Shown here piece by piece: positions 46,341-56,782 of a DNA stretch of 64,000 nucleotides (position 1 is the first letter of the stretch; the number at the start of each line of letters is the position of its first letter). The notes beneath the pieces are model-generated. The model saw only the letters and a program-made list of their open reading frames with translations, searched no databases and had not been told where the DNA came from. The translations under genes were made by a program, and so were the position numbers. The stretch spans positions 59,144 through 123,143 of the forward strand of contig DASYDW010000123.1 of the NCBI GenBank assembly GCA_036499395.1, read 5' to 3'. The stretch is from Pirellulales bacterium (GTDB lineage Bacteria; Planctomycetota; Planctomycetia; Pirellulales; JACPPG01).

Positions 46341-47615
46341 TCATTCCCTGACCTGGCCGCTGCCGAACACGACGTATTTGTAGCTGGTCAATTCTTTCAC
46401 GCCGCACGGACCGCGGGCGTGCAATTTGTCGGTGCTGATGCCGATCTCGGCCCCCAGCCCGAATTGGAACCCGTCGTTAAATCGCGTGCTGGCGTTCACC
46501 ATCACGGCCGCGCTATCGACCGCCGCGGTGAAGCGCCGGGCCGCGTCCAGCTCGCGCGTTACGATCGCGTCGGTATGCTTCGAGCCGTAACGATTGATGT
46601 GCTCGATCGCCTCGTCCAAAGTGTCGACGACACAAACCGAAATGATCGGGCCGAGATATTCCGCCGCATAGTCGGCCGGGGTTGCCTCGCTGGCACTAGC
46701 AATCCGATCACGCGTGCGCTCGTCGCCGCGAATCTCGATTCCGTGCGCGGTCAACTGCTGAGCAGCGGCGGGCAAGAACTTTTCGGCAACGCCCGCATGT
46801 ACCAATAGTGATTCCAGCGCGTTGCACACTCCCATCCGCTGACACTTGCCATTGATCAAGATTCGCTCGGCCATCTCCAGATCGGCCGAGGCATCGACAT
46901 ATAAATGGCAATTGCCCGTAAAATGCTTGATTACGGGCATCTTGGCATCGGCCACGACGCGACGAATCAGCCCTTCGCCGCCGCGCGGGATGGCAACGCT
47001 GATGTATTCATCAAGCGCCAGAAAGTGTCCCACGGCTTCTCGATCCGTGGTCGAAACGAGTTGCACGGCATCGGCCGGCAACCCAACGTCGGCGGCCGCT
47101 TCGCTCAACAGGTTGGCGATCGCGCGGTTCGAATTCGCGGCCTCTTTACCGCCGCGCAGGATCACGGCGTTGCCGCTCTTCACGCAAATCGCTGCCGCGT
47201 CGGCAGTGACGTTGGGGCGCGATTCGTAAATAAAGAACACGACGCCTAGCGGCACGCGCACCTTGAGAACTTCCAAACCATTCGGACGAATGCTCGACTC
47301 GATCACTTCGCCAATCGGTTCCGGCAGCGCCGCAACTTCCTCAAGACCCACGGCCATCGATTCGATCGTCTTTGGCGACAGCTTTAACCGGTCGACCTGG
47401 GCCGGGCTCAAACCAAAGCTGGGAGCCGCTGCCAGGTCCAAGGCGTTCGCCGCGGCCAACGTCTTGCCGCGCGTTCGCAGTAGCTCGGCCGCACGTCGCA
47501 GCCATAGCTGCTTGGCCTCGCCCGAGACCACCGCCAGTTGCTGGCTGGCCGCGAGCGCGCGACGGGCCACGTCGAGCGTGTAGGTGCGCAAGTCTAAGCG
47601 TTCAGCGGTGGCCAT
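46341..47615 (-). CDS. proA: Gamma-glutamyl phosphate reductase
   Basis: Full-length aldehyde-dehydrogenase-fold ProA pattern ([62 protein letters not shown]). 424 aa. Confidence 0.9.
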   Translation of the reverse strand: MATAERLDLRTYTLDVARRALAASQQLAVVSGEAKQLWLRRAAELLRTRGKTLAAANALDLAAAPSFGLSPAQVDRLKLSPKTIESMAVGLEEVAALPEPIGEVIESSIRPNGLEVLKVRVPLGVVFFIYESRPNVTADAAAICVKSGNAVILRGGKEAANSNRAIANLLSEAAADVGLPADAVQLVSTTDREAVGHFLALDEYISVAIPRGGEGLIRRVVADAKMPVIKHFTGNCHLYVDASADLEMAERILINGKCQRMGVCNALESLLVHAGVAEKFLPAAAQQLTAHGIEIRGDERTRDRIASASEATPADYAAEYLGPIISVCVVDTLDEAIEHINRYGSKHTDAIVTRELDAARRFTAAVDSAAVMVNASTRFNDGFQFGLGAEIGISTDKLHARGPCGVKELTSYKYVVFGSGQVRE

Positions 47616-47994
47616 GGGGAAAGTCGCCTAAGTCACTGCGAGAAAAGAGGTTCCGGCCGCAGTTCCGTGCCGCCCAAAAGGCCAGAATCCACCCAGCAAG
47701 TATCGCCCAATACAGGACTTGAGTCAACGTCGACTCACCTGGGCTAGCGAGGCGATTTCACGGCGAAAGGTTCGTTAAATGGCGTCGAAATTCGTGCTGG
47801 CGCGACGACTACAAACTCGGCGAAAAGGCGCCGAGACAGTTTGCCGAGACAGAAGTCAGGGGGGCAGGTTTCCCTGATCTTTACCTGGATGGGGGTGTGG
47901 GCTACGATCCCCGCCCGGCAAATACATCTGCGAAGGCGCGATCGCTGTCCCCGGCGCGAGGCAGACGAATCGCTTGCACTCATTCTGGTGACCG

Positions 47995-49476
47995 ATGCAT
48001 GTGTGGCTAGAGACCGTAATTCGTGCCCTGCGACGGCCGGCAGTCGTGATGAGTCTGTTCGCCGCGTTATTGGCAACGCAGATTGTCCCGTTCTGGGCAC
48101 CCACGCCTGATGGCGCTGGCTATCTGTCGATCGCGCGCAGTATTGCGCATGGCGGCCCGGTCGAAAACATGGGCTCGCCCAAGTTGCACTACGCCCCCGG
48201 CTATCCGCTCTTGATCAGCCCTGCCTTCTGGTTCGGCGATCGCCCGTTCTTGCTCCTGCAGGTTTTGCAGTGGCTATGGGCCGTGGCATTCATGTTGGAA
48301 GTCTATCGTTGGGCGCAGCGCTGGATGGCTGGCAGCGAGCTCTGGATCACGGCGCTGACGATGTCGAATGTCAGCCTCTGGATCCACGCCCGCACGACGA
48401 TCAGCGAGATGCCCTTCATGGCCTTGTTGGTGTGGACGGCCAATGCCATGGATCGATTGTCCGAAGAGAAAACGCCGCGCGGCGCCGCGTACTGGTCGCT
48501 TTTAATTGCTGCGCTGACCGTGGCATTAAGTATGATCCGGCCGGTGGGCATTTTGGTTTTGACCGGATATGCGGTCGTCGTCTTCCTCAAGTTGCGCCGC
48601 GGCGAGATGTCCTGGCGGCGCGCGATCGGGACCATGTTCGCGATCGGAACGCCTGCGGCGGTGGCAATCATGGCGCTGTTGGTCTACGAAGCGCGGAACG
48701 CGGCCGCGACCGGCGTCCGTGGCGATCCCACCTATTTGCACGAATTTCGAGCAGACGATATGCCGCTGCCGGTGCAATTGCTGGAAGGAGTTCGCGTGCG
48801 CGCGAGCGAAGTCGGTCGGCTACTCGTCCCCGGCATGAACAAGTCGTATGCCAAGCCGTTCACGTGGCTGAACGCCAACATGCTGATCTACATCCCGCTC
48901 TTTTTCACGATGGCTTGGGCGTGGTGGAACGTGGCGGGCGAAAGCGGCAATACCTTGTTGTTCATGTTGCCGTGTTATCTGGCGTTGTACATCGTCTATC
49001 CTTCAGACCAGGGAACGCGCTACCTGTTGCCGCTGCTGCCAGTGCTGGTCGCCTGCTTGTGGTGGTTCGTGTGGTATCAAACGCGGCACCGCACGCAGAT
49101 CCTGACAGCCTTGGTCGTGGCGCACCTGCTCGTGGCCTTCGGCTACAGCACCCATTCCACGTTGCGGCTGGCGCGGCTCAACGACGAGTGGCGGACGATC
49201 GATTCATTCGCCTCGATCATGAACCGTGACACGCGCCCCTCGGTTTGCTGGAACGCCCCCTTCGGCATTCGCGAGTTGGAAATGGTCGCCACCGACCGGT
49301 GGTGTGCCGAATTGCGCGGCGCGGATACGGCTGTGCCCCCAGAAGCCGGTTGGATCGTCACGGCCGCGGACTCGCCCAATTGCCCGGGCTTCGTCGAGCG
49401 TGCTCGCGAGGGGGACCTGAAGTTGCTCGCGCGGGTGCAGCACGTTTCGCAGTTTCGCAGCAAATCGCCACGTTAA
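47995..49476 (+). CDS. Polytopic membrane protein, putative GT-C fold glycosyltransferase (ArnT/PMT-like)
   Basis: More than 10 predicted TM helices. The N-terminal loop PDGAGYLSIARSIAHGG...HYAPGYPLLISP resembles GT-C family motifs. No finer assignment is possible. Confidence 0.55.
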   Translation: MHVWLETVIRALRRPAVVMSLFAALLATQIVPFWAPTPDGAGYLSIARSIAHGGPVENMGSPKLHYAPGYPLLISPAFWFGDRPFLLLQVLQWLWAVAFMLEVYRWAQRWMAGSELWITALTMSNVSLWIHARTTISEMPFMALLVWTANAMDRLSEEKTPRGAAYWSLLIAALTVALSMIRPVGILVLTGYAVVVFLKLRRGEMSWRRAIGTMFAIGTPAAVAIMALLVYEARNAAATGVRGDPTYLHEFRADDMPLPVQLLEGVRVRASEVGRLLVPGMNKSYAKPFTWLNANMLIYIPLFFTMAWAWWNVAGESGNTLLFMLPCYLALYIVYPSDQGTRYLLPLLPVLVACLWWFVWYQTRHRTQILTALVVAHLLVAFGYSTHSTLRLARLNDEWRTIDSFASIMNRDTRPSVCWNAPFGIRELEMVATDRWCAELRGADTAVPPEAGWIVTAADSPNCPGFVERAREGDLKLLARVQHVSQFRSKSPR

Positions 49477-49616
49477 GACGCGAGATTGGCAACCGCCACC
49501 GGGCCGGCGAATTTGAATTCGTCCGCCGGTCGTGTTATCTCTAAGGGCTGTTTCCTGCCCGCGCTGCACGCCCACAAAAGCGGCGCGACCTCTCGCCCCC
49601 GACTGCGCGTGGTGCG

Positions 49617-51002
49617 ATGTTAACATTTGCCGATAGCGCCGGACGACTTGCTCGCCGCGGATTCTTGCGCGCGGGCGCATTGTCACTCGGCGGATTATCG
49701 CTGCCTGGCTTGTTAGCGCATGCCGCGGCTGACCCGCAACGCTTGCTCACGGGCCGGTCGGTCATCTTTCTGTTCTTGCACGGCGGACCGAGCCAGTTCG
49801 AAACGTTCGACCCCAAGATGTCCGCGCCGGCCGAGATCCGTTCGACGACGGGCGAGATTCCGACCGCGATCCCCGGTCTGACGTTCGGCTCGTCGTTCCC
49901 GAAGCTCGCGCAGCTCGCCGATCGCCTGACGATCGTGCGCTCGTTCACAACCGGCGACGCACGTCACGACATCAAACCGATCGTCAGCCGGCACACTGGA
50001 GGCGCGAATCTCAGCTCTTACTATGCCCGCGTCGCTGGTGCTACCGACCCCACGAGCGGCATGCCGCGCACGGCGCTCTTGTTCCCGCGTGCCGTCAATA
50101 CAAGTGCCGGTCCCGAGCAGACGCAATTCGGGCGCTTCGATTCGACGGGCGCCCTCGGTTCCGGCTGCGCCCCGTTCGTCCCCGGCGCCGGCGGCGATCT
50201 GCAGCGCGACATGCAGCTCAACTTGTCCATCGATCGACTCGATGACCGCCGGGCATTGCTTGGCGAACTTGATCGCGTTCGCTGGCTGTTCGACGCGACT
50301 GGCCAGGCCGGCTCGCTCGACAAGCTGCGCGAGCAGGCCTTCAGCAGCGTGCTCAACGGGGTGTCGAAAGCTTTTGACCTGGCGCGCGAAGAACCTCGCG
50401 TCATCGAACGATACGACACAGCCCCGTTGGTCCAGCCCGACCAGATCGATCGCAAGTGGAAGAATTACGAACACTACTGCGACAATGCCAAGTCGCTGGG
50501 CAAGCTGCTGCTACTGGCGCGTCGGCTGTGCGAGGCGGGGGCCGGTTTTGTCACGGTGACCACCAATTTCGTATGGGACATGCACGCCGACGTCAACAAC
50601 GCCCATTGCGCCGAAGGAATGCGTTACATGGGCCCGCCACTCGATCACGCCGTGTCCGCGCTCGTCGAGGATCTTCACCAGCGTGGGCTCAGCGACCGCA
50701 TTCTGCTGGTCTGTTGCGGTGAAATGGGGCGCACGCCCAGGCTGAACGCCCACGGCGGCCGCGACCACTGGGGCAACCTGGCCCCGCTACTACTGGCCGG
50801 TGGCGGATTGCGGATGGGACAAGTGATCGGGCAGTCGACCCGCGACGGCAGTCAGCCGCTGACCGAACCGATCAAGATTCCGAACCTCGTGGCCACGATT
50901 CTCGAGCGGCTCGTCGATCCGGCCGAACTACGACTCGTGCGCGGCATGCCGAACGAAGTGGTGCAAGCCGCCACGGCCGCGCCGATTCCCGGCCTGCTGT
51001 AA
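49617..51002 (+). CDS. DUF1501 domain protein (sulfatase-fold, Tat signal)
   Basis: Tat leader ARRGFLRAGALSLGG and the hallmark VIFLFLHGGPSQFETFDPK, plus GEMGRTPRLN...GRDHW. Confidence 0.85.
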   Translation: MLTFADSAGRLARRGFLRAGALSLGGLSLPGLLAHAAADPQRLLTGRSVIFLFLHGGPSQFETFDPKMSAPAEIRSTTGEIPTAIPGLTFGSSFPKLAQLADRLTIVRSFTTGDARHDIKPIVSRHTGGANLSSYYARVAGATDPTSGMPRTALLFPRAVNTSAGPEQTQFGRFDSTGALGSGCAPFVPGAGGDLQRDMQLNLSIDRLDDRRALLGELDRVRWLFDATGQAGSLDKLREQAFSSVLNGVSKAFDLAREEPRVIERYDTAPLVQPDQIDRKWKNYEHYCDNAKSLGKLLLLARRLCEAGAGFVTVTTNFVWDMHADVNNAHCAEGMRYMGPPLDHAVSALVEDLHQRGLSDRILLVCCGEMGRTPRLNAHGGRDHWGNLAPLLLAGGGLRMGQVIGQSTRDGSQPLTEPIKIPNLVATILERLVDPAELRLVRGMPNEVVQAATAAPIPGLL

Positions 51003-51048
51003 TCGATTGACTTTCTTTCCGAGGATCGCGGTACCGGCGTGTCGCCTG

Positions 51049-52035
51049 CTACGCCCGATCAAACGGAAAGGCGATCACCTCTGCAATCGTGCGTGCGCCC
51101 GTCGCCAGCATCATGACGCGATCGAAACCGAGCGCCACGCCGCAGGCTGCGGGCAGACCATAATCCATCGCCGCTAGTAGCCGGCTTTCCTCGGGCAGTG
51201 TCGGTTTGCCATCGGCGGCGCGGTTTTCGTTGTTCTCACGATTCCGTGCGCGCAGCACGGCCGGATCGAGCAACTCGTGATAACCGTTCGCCAACTCCAC
51301 GCCACGCACGTAAAGCTCAAAGCGTTCGGCCACCGCCGGCGGGCCGGGTCGCACGATCGCCAGTGCCGCCTGCGTCGGCGGATAGTCGTGCAGAATCACG
51401 GGCGTCTCAAAACCTAATCGTGGTTCCACAAGTGAAACCAATAGCAGATCGAGCCACGCATCACGATCGGTCGCGTCAAGACTTTCCGGCGCCGAGATTC
51501 CCTGCTGCCGAACGGCTGCGCGCAGTTCGTCCGGGGTCGCCGCATGCGGATCGATGCCGACAAACTTTTCGAACGCCGCTTGATAAGTCAGCAATTCCGC
51601 CGGCGGCGTGTCGAGCATCGCGTGGCAAAGATCATCCAGGAATTGCATGCCCACGTGCATTGAGTCTCCGCGGCGATACCATTCGACGATCGTGAACTCG
51701 GAATTATGCCGATCCCCGATTTCCTCACGGCGAAAGGCACGCGTCACCTGATAGATCGCCTCGCCCCCGGCGGCCAGCAGTCGCTTCATGCCGAACTCTG
51801 GGGACGTCTGCAGCCAATACTTCTTAATCGCCCGCCCGTCGGCATCCCCTGCGACAGGAACACAAAAGGGATCAAGAAAACGATCCACAACCGTATCGGC
51901 CGACAGAATCGGCGTCTCGACTTCGAGAAATCCGTTCTTTGCAAAGAACTCGCGCAGGCGGGCCAACAGAGCCGCGCGACGGCGCAATATCTCCCAGTTC
52001 GCTGTCGGGCGCCAATCTTCGCGGTTTTCACTCAT
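51049..52035 (-). CDS. epmA: EF-P--(R)-beta-lysine ligase (EpmA/PoxA/GenX)
   Basis: LysRS class II catalytic-core paralog without an anticodon domain: LRRRAALLARLREFFAKNGFLEVETPILS, EFTIVEWYR, GVALGFDRVMML. 328 aa. Confidence 0.85.
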   Translation of the reverse strand: MSENREDWRPTANWEILRRRAALLARLREFFAKNGFLEVETPILSADTVVDRFLDPFCVPVAGDADGRAIKKYWLQTSPEFGMKRLLAAGGEAIYQVTRAFRREEIGDRHNSEFTIVEWYRRGDSMHVGMQFLDDLCHAMLDTPPAELLTYQAAFEKFVGIDPHAATPDELRAAVRQQGISAPESLDATDRDAWLDLLLVSLVEPRLGFETPVILHDYPPTQAALAIVRPGPPAVAERFELYVRGVELANGYHELLDPAVLRARNRENNENRAADGKPTLPEESRLLAAMDYGLPAACGVALGFDRVMMLATGARTIAEVIAFPFDRA

Positions 52036-52868
52036 CGTGCGGGCTCACTCTCGGTGAACTTCCCGCGGTCATCGACTTCGAACACGCGCTCGATCGACGG
52101 CGATCCGTACTCGGCACCGCCGGTCAGCACGCGAATATTCGGCGCCGGCCGGGCTTCGCCTCGCCCATGCGTGTGGCCGCATAGGACGATCAGTTCGCGC
52201 GCCGGGAAATCGCGCATGACTAACAACAACGCGTCCCCCATCGCCTGCGACGTGAAATGCGGCAGCCATTCGTCGTTCGAGATTTCCCCCTGGTGCCAAC
52301 ACGACTCACGAAATGGTGGTACGTGCGTTACCAACACGACGCGGGTAAATCGCTCGAGCGCCGTCGGCAGGACGTCGCGAATATGAGCAGCTGCGGCATC
52401 TGCCTCGGCCATTAGTAGCGGCCAGCGGGCTTCCTTGCTCATCGAAGCGAATTCCGCGATCAGTCGGTAATCGTTCATCATCACGAGCGACCGCTCATAG
52501 TCCCCCAGTCGCGCGTCGGCCCAACCGTCGTGGCCAACGAGTCCCGTATCGGGCGCCAGGGGAATCGGATCCGCGCTGCTGAGCCAGACCAGTCGTGGCT
52601 CGCGCCGGCAAAGGTCCGTCACCGCAGCCCGTACTCCCGCGATCGAGCCGTGGTAAAAATCGTGGTTGCCGAGCACGAAATAAATCGGGCCGCGCAACCG
52701 GCCAGCAATCCACTCGAGATAATCCACGAGATTTTGCGATTCGGCGATGTCGCCGCTAATCAGAACCGCATCGGCGCGGACCGCCGCGACGCGCGTCAGA
52801 TACCCGTCGACGGCGTCGCCCGACAAAAAGTTCAGGTGCAGGTCCGTAAGCCAGGCAATGCGTGTCAT
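52032..52868 (-). CDS. Calcineurin-like metallophosphoesterase
   Basis: Motifs WLTDLHLN, SGDIAES, GNHDFY and CGHTHG in canonical order. The stop overlaps the epmA start as ATGA. ATG at 52868; GTG at 52901 is also possible. Confidence 0.75.
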   Translation of the reverse strand: MTRIAWLTDLHLNFLSGDAVDGYLTRVAAVRADAVLISGDIAESQNLVDYLEWIAGRLRGPIYFVLGNHDFYHGSIAGVRAAVTDLCRREPRLVWLSSADPIPLAPDTGLVGHDGWADARLGDYERSLVMMNDYRLIAEFASMSKEARWPLLMAEADAAAAHIRDVLPTALERFTRVVLVTHVPPFRESCWHQGEISNDEWLPHFTSQAMGDALLLVMRDFPARELIVLCGHTHGRGEARPAPNIRVLTGGAEYGSPSIERVFEVDDRGKFTESEPAR

Positions 52869-52884
52869 GCGAATTCCCGGCCGC

Positions 52885-53649
52885 TTAGGCCGCACCCACA
52901 CTTTGCAGCGCTACGCCCACCGCATAGCTCAGCGCGGCCGTTACGCCGCCGATGACCAGCGTCTCGAACCCGGCGCGAACGACCGGTTCGTCAAGGACCA
53001 GTCCGCGCGCGATGCCTACGCCCAGAAACGCCACGCCGGTCGCCGCGGCGCTTGTGCCGAAGATGGCCGCGGGGCTGCCGCCGATACCCAATAAAAATGG
53101 CAACAGCGGCGTCAACCCCACGACGACAAACGAGACAAAGGTCGACGCCGCCGCGCGCAGCGCGCTCGGTGACTCGAGCCGTAGCCCCAATTCTTCGGTC
53201 AGCATCGTATCGACCCATCGCTGCCGATCGGTCGTGATCACCGAAACGATTTCGTCAAGGATGCGTCCTTCGAAACCCTTGGCGGCGAAAATTTGGCGTA
53301 CCTCTTCGCGCTCGCCGTCGGGCACCTGCTCGACGTGCATCTCCTCGATGCGCCGCGCGCGATCGACAAGCTGGCGATCTGTTTTGGTGCTCAAGTAGTT
53401 GCCGGCCGCCATGCTGAAACCATCGGCCAACAAGTTGGCAACTCCCAGCACGATCGCCACGCCACTGGGCAGCCCCGCTCCGGCAACACCCGCAACCACG
53501 GCGAACGTCGTCACGGTACCGTCCATGGCGCCCAGGACAAAGTCGCGCAGATAGCTGTGCTCGGTCGCGGATCGCAAGCGGCGCCGGATCGCCGCCGGCG
53601 TATGCTCGGCATCGAGTGGATCGGCGCGTCGCGCCTTCAGAAAGCTCAT
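52885..53649 (-). CDS. VIT1/CCC1-family iron/manganese transporter
   Basis: [28 protein letters not shown] and a five-TM layout typical of the VIT family. ATG at 53649 is preferred over the track start at 53730. Confidence 0.8.
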   Translation of the reverse strand: MSFLKARRADPLDAEHTPAAIRRRLRSATEHSYLRDFVLGAMDGTVTTFAVVAGVAGAGLPSGVAIVLGVANLLADGFSMAAGNYLSTKTDRQLVDRARRIEEMHVEQVPDGEREEVRQIFAAKGFEGRILDEIVSVITTDRQRWVDTMLTEELGLRLESPSALRAAASTFVSFVVVGLTPLLPFLLGIGGSPAAIFGTSAAATGVAFLGVGIARGLVLDEPVVRAGFETLVIGGVTAALSYAVGVALQSVGAA

Positions 53650-53668
53650 GGTGTACTCGGCGCTTGCG

Positions 53669-54592
53669 CTACGCGATGGCAGTTTTGCTTGATTCCCCAG
53701 GCAGCTCGCGGACATAGCGCGGAACTGCATAACCCGGCAGGCGCGCTGTGAGCTGTGCCATCAATTCACGTCCACGCGACACAGGAACCTCGAAATGCGC
53801 GCCGCCGGCCACCGGATCGAGTTGGTGCAAGTAGTAAGGCATCACGCGCAGATCAACGAGTCGCTCGCACAACGCGGCCAGCGCCTCGACTGAATCATTG
53901 ACGCCGCGCAGTAGCACGGCCTGGTTCAATACGACAATGCCCGCGTCAACAAGCTGCCCAAAGGCAGCGGCCACGGCGTCGTCCAGCTCTGCGGAGTGGT
54001 TTGCATGTACGACGACGATTGGCGTCAGGCGGGTGCCGGTGAGCCAGTTCAACAACTCGCTGCACACGCGGCCGGGAATCATGATCGGCAGTCGGGTGTG
54101 AATGCGCAGCCGCCGCAGATGCGGGATTGCGGCCAACCGCTCGGCCAGGCGCGCCAGAAAATCGTCGACCATCACCAGCGGATCGCCGCCAGAGAGCAGC
54201 ACCTCGTGCAGGGAGGAATCTTCTTCGATCGCGCGGAAGGCCGGCTCCCACGCCGATAGCGATTTGGGCGCTTCCTGATAAGGAAAGTGCCGACGAAAGC
54301 AGTAACGGCAATGCACAGCACAGGCGCCGGTCGTGATCAACAAGGCCCGGCCTGGATATTTTTGTAACAAGCCCGGCGTTCTTTGAGCCGCTCGATCATC
54401 GACCGGATCGGTCGAGAAGCCCGGCACGATTTCCTGCTCAGCCAGCACCGGCAAAACCTGGCGCAAGAGTGGGTCGTGGGGATCACCCGGCCGGATGCGC
54501 GACAGGAACTCGCGCGGCACGAACAAGGGAAAATCGCCCGCCGCGGCCAGGGCTTGCGCGGCGAAATCGGCTGGTAAGTCGAGTAACCGCAC
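53669..54592 (-). CDS. epmB: EF-P beta-lysylation protein EpmB (lysine 2,3-aminomutase, radical SAM); true start probably further upstream
   Basis: Radical-SAM CxxxCxxC as [11 protein letters not shown], plus the KamA family pattern ([30 protein letters not shown]). The first canonical start is GTG 54592, but homology continues upstream (see findings). Confidence 0.85.
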   Translation of the reverse strand: MRLLDLPADFAAQALAAAGDFPLFVPREFLSRIRPGDPHDPLLRQVLPVLAEQEIVPGFSTDPVDDRAAQRTPGLLQKYPGRALLITTGACAVHCRYCFRRHFPYQEAPKSLSAWEPAFRAIEEDSSLHEVLLSGGDPLVMVDDFLARLAERLAAIPHLRRLRIHTRLPIMIPGRVCSELLNWLTGTRLTPIVVVHANHSAELDDAVAAAFGQLVDAGIVVLNQAVLLRGVNDSVEALAALCERLVDLRVMPYYLHQLDPVAGGAHFEVPVSRGRELMAQLTARLPGYAVPRYVRELPGESSKTAIA

Positions 54593-54799
54593 CAGCTCGT
54601 GCGGGTCGCGTACCGCCTGCCGCAGCTCGCGCCGCCAACATGGCTCGGCCGGGGGGGAGTTGGGGCGGACAGAATCGGTCTGGATCGCTAAAATGGTCGT
54701 TTACCTTTTATGAACCAAGCCTGCTCGGGGGAGCTTTCCTCGCCCAGGCAATCGTAGCATACCCCCCCACCCATTCGCGACAAGACAGGACGATTCACC

Positions 54800-55369
54800 G
54801 TGGCCAGCTATTCCACCAGCGACTTCAAGAAGGGCCTGAAGATCCAGATCGACGGCGATCCCTACATCATGGTCGAATGCAACTTCGTCAAGCCGGGCAA
54901 GGGAAACGCCCTGTACAAGTGCAAGATGAAGAACCTGGTCCGCAACTCGATGCTCGAGCGCACCTACAAGGGGGGCGATTCGCTCGAGGCGGCCGACGTC
55001 ACCGAGATCGACGGTCAGTATCTTTACCGTCAGGGTGAGAATTTCGTCTTCATGGACAACACCACGTACGAGCAGTATGAGTTGACCGCCGCTCAGGTCG
55101 ATGACACGTGGAAGTGGATCAAGGAAGGGATGATTTGCCGGATGGTGTTGTTCAACAATAATCCCATCACCGTCACGCCCCCGAACCACGTCGTGCTGAA
55201 AGTCGAATACGCCGAGCCGGCCGTCCGCGGTAACACGGCCACGAACTTGACGAAGCCGGTGAAGCTGGAAACCGGCGCCGAGATTCTGGTCCCCGCCTTC
55301 GTCGAGCAGGACTCGTTCATCAAGATCGACACCCGCACGGGCGAATACCTGGAGCGGGCCAAGGAGTAG
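54800..55369 (+). CDS. efp: Elongation factor P
   Basis: MASYSTSDFKKGLKIQIDGDPYIMVECNFVKPGKGNALYKCKMKN, with the modifiable Lys at position 34 in the KPGKG loop. 189 aa. Confidence 0.95.
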   Translation: MASYSTSDFKKGLKIQIDGDPYIMVECNFVKPGKGNALYKCKMKNLVRNSMLERTYKGGDSLEAADVTEIDGQYLYRQGENFVFMDNTTYEQYELTAAQVDDTWKWIKEGMICRMVLFNNNPITVTPPNHVVLKVEYAEPAVRGNTATNLTKPVKLETGAEILVPAFVEQDSFIKIDTRTGEYLERAKE

Positions 55370-55402
55370 CACGACGCGCGCGGTTTCCGCTGCGATCGAT
55401 CC

Positions 55403-56782
55403 CTACGGCTTAGTCGCCACCTGCTTGCGCACTTCGCGGATAATGGACTCTTCGACCTCGGGGGCCCAGGAGGTCGGTAGGCCGTAGAAGATCATCGCGC
55501 TCGCGCCCTCGTAACCCCCTTCGGTGAGCACCCGGCGCGAAGGGATGTAGGCCATCACGTCATTCGTATAGCCAGCGACCCACACGCGCTCGTTGGGCAA
55601 TTCTGCCTTGAGTCGCAGCGCATAGTCGACAACGACTTCGCCCCCTAACGTGATCATCACGGGACCGTCCCCCAGGCGCCAAACCTCGATCGGATAGGGA
55701 TACGTCGGACTCAGCGGCTGACCGCCGTCGATCTGCGCCAGTAATAGCTTGGCACGCGCCGCCTGGTACTTGTCCGACGATGCCGCCTGCGTTTTCAACT
55801 CCTCGTTCGTAGGTAATGTCGCGAACGGCAGGTCGATCTCGTCATACGAGGTGTGCAACCGGCCAGCGACGGGAGTGAGTTCACCGGCCAGCACCTGATC
55901 GACCGCATCACTCATCTTCTGGCCATATTTTTCGGCCAGCTCCACGGTGCGGCGCGGCAGCGGGTTTTGATCCGCCCCACAGCCGGCCCAGAACATGGCG
56001 ACCGTACCGGGGTGTTCGCGCTCAAGATCAATTTGCGCAAAGCCCGGCCAATCTCCGGTCCACTGATAGAACGACAGGGCCGTGGCGTGACAGGCGTAGC
56101 CAAAGACGACGGTCTTCAATTTTCCCGCCATGTCTTTCACAGCCAGCACCGGCACATCGTGATCCACCGGCCCTTTCAGTTTCCCTTCGGCTGCCAGTTT
56201 TGGCACCTCAGGCTCGAGATTCGTCCGCCGGTTGACGGCAAAGGTCGCGTTGCCATCCGCCCACGCGAGCGTTGCCGGGGCGAGATTCTTGATCGCCTCG
56301 CCGACCACCGCGATCACCTTGGCTTGCAGACCCGCGGTGTACTCGTCGATCAGCCGGGATTGTTGCTCGTCCAGGAAATACATGGCGCGCAGGTTGTGTC
56401 CTACCACCGGTCCGGTGTGGGTGTGCGAGCAATTGATCGCGACTTGCGATTTTTTTAATCCGTACTTCGTTTCCAATTCACCACGGATCGCCAGCGACAA
56501 CACTCGATCGATGCCGACCAGGTCGAGCGTTACCAACACCGCGCGCCCTCCGGTCGCATCTTCCAGCACCAGTGCCTTGGCCCACAGGTCGTGCAGCTTC
56601 CCCTCGGCGGCGTGGTCACGGCTCGAATAGCCGCTCATCCACATGGGGCGCTCGGGCGTGATGACCGTTTTGGCCACGCCGGCTTTCCAGGCAACAGGAT
56701 CAGTCGCCAAAACATCCGCGGACGGCGCCGCCAACGCGACGATGGCAGCCATGAACGAGAGGTGTGCGATCGAGAATCTCAT
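55403..56782 (-). CDS. Neutral/alkaline ceramidase N-terminal-domain-like secreted hydrolase (paralog of 38361..39800)
   Basis: Signal peptide, then WKAGVAKTVITPERPMWMSGYSSRDHAAEGKLHDLWAKALVLEDATGGRAVLVTLDLVG...CSHTHTGP. Collinear with the 38361 gene along the whole length. Confidence 0.6.
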   Translation of the reverse strand: MRFSIAHLSFMAAIVALAAPSADVLATDPVAWKAGVAKTVITPERPMWMSGYSSRDHAAEGKLHDLWAKALVLEDATGGRAVLVTLDLVGIDRVLSLAIRGELETKYGLKKSQVAINCSHTHTGPVVGHNLRAMYFLDEQQSRLIDEYTAGLQAKVIAVVGEAIKNLAPATLAWADGNATFAVNRRTNLEPEVPKLAAEGKLKGPVDHDVPVLAVKDMAGKLKTVVFGYACHATALSFYQWTGDWPGFAQIDLEREHPGTVAMFWAGCGADQNPLPRRTVELAEKYGQKMSDAVDQVLAGELTPVAGRLHTSYDEIDLPFATLPTNEELKTQAASSDKYQAARAKLLLAQIDGGQPLSPTYPYPIEVWRLGDGPVMITLGGEVVVDYALRLKAELPNERVWVAGYTNDVMAYIPSRRVLTEGGYEGASAMIFYGLPTSWAPEVEESIIREVRKQVATKP

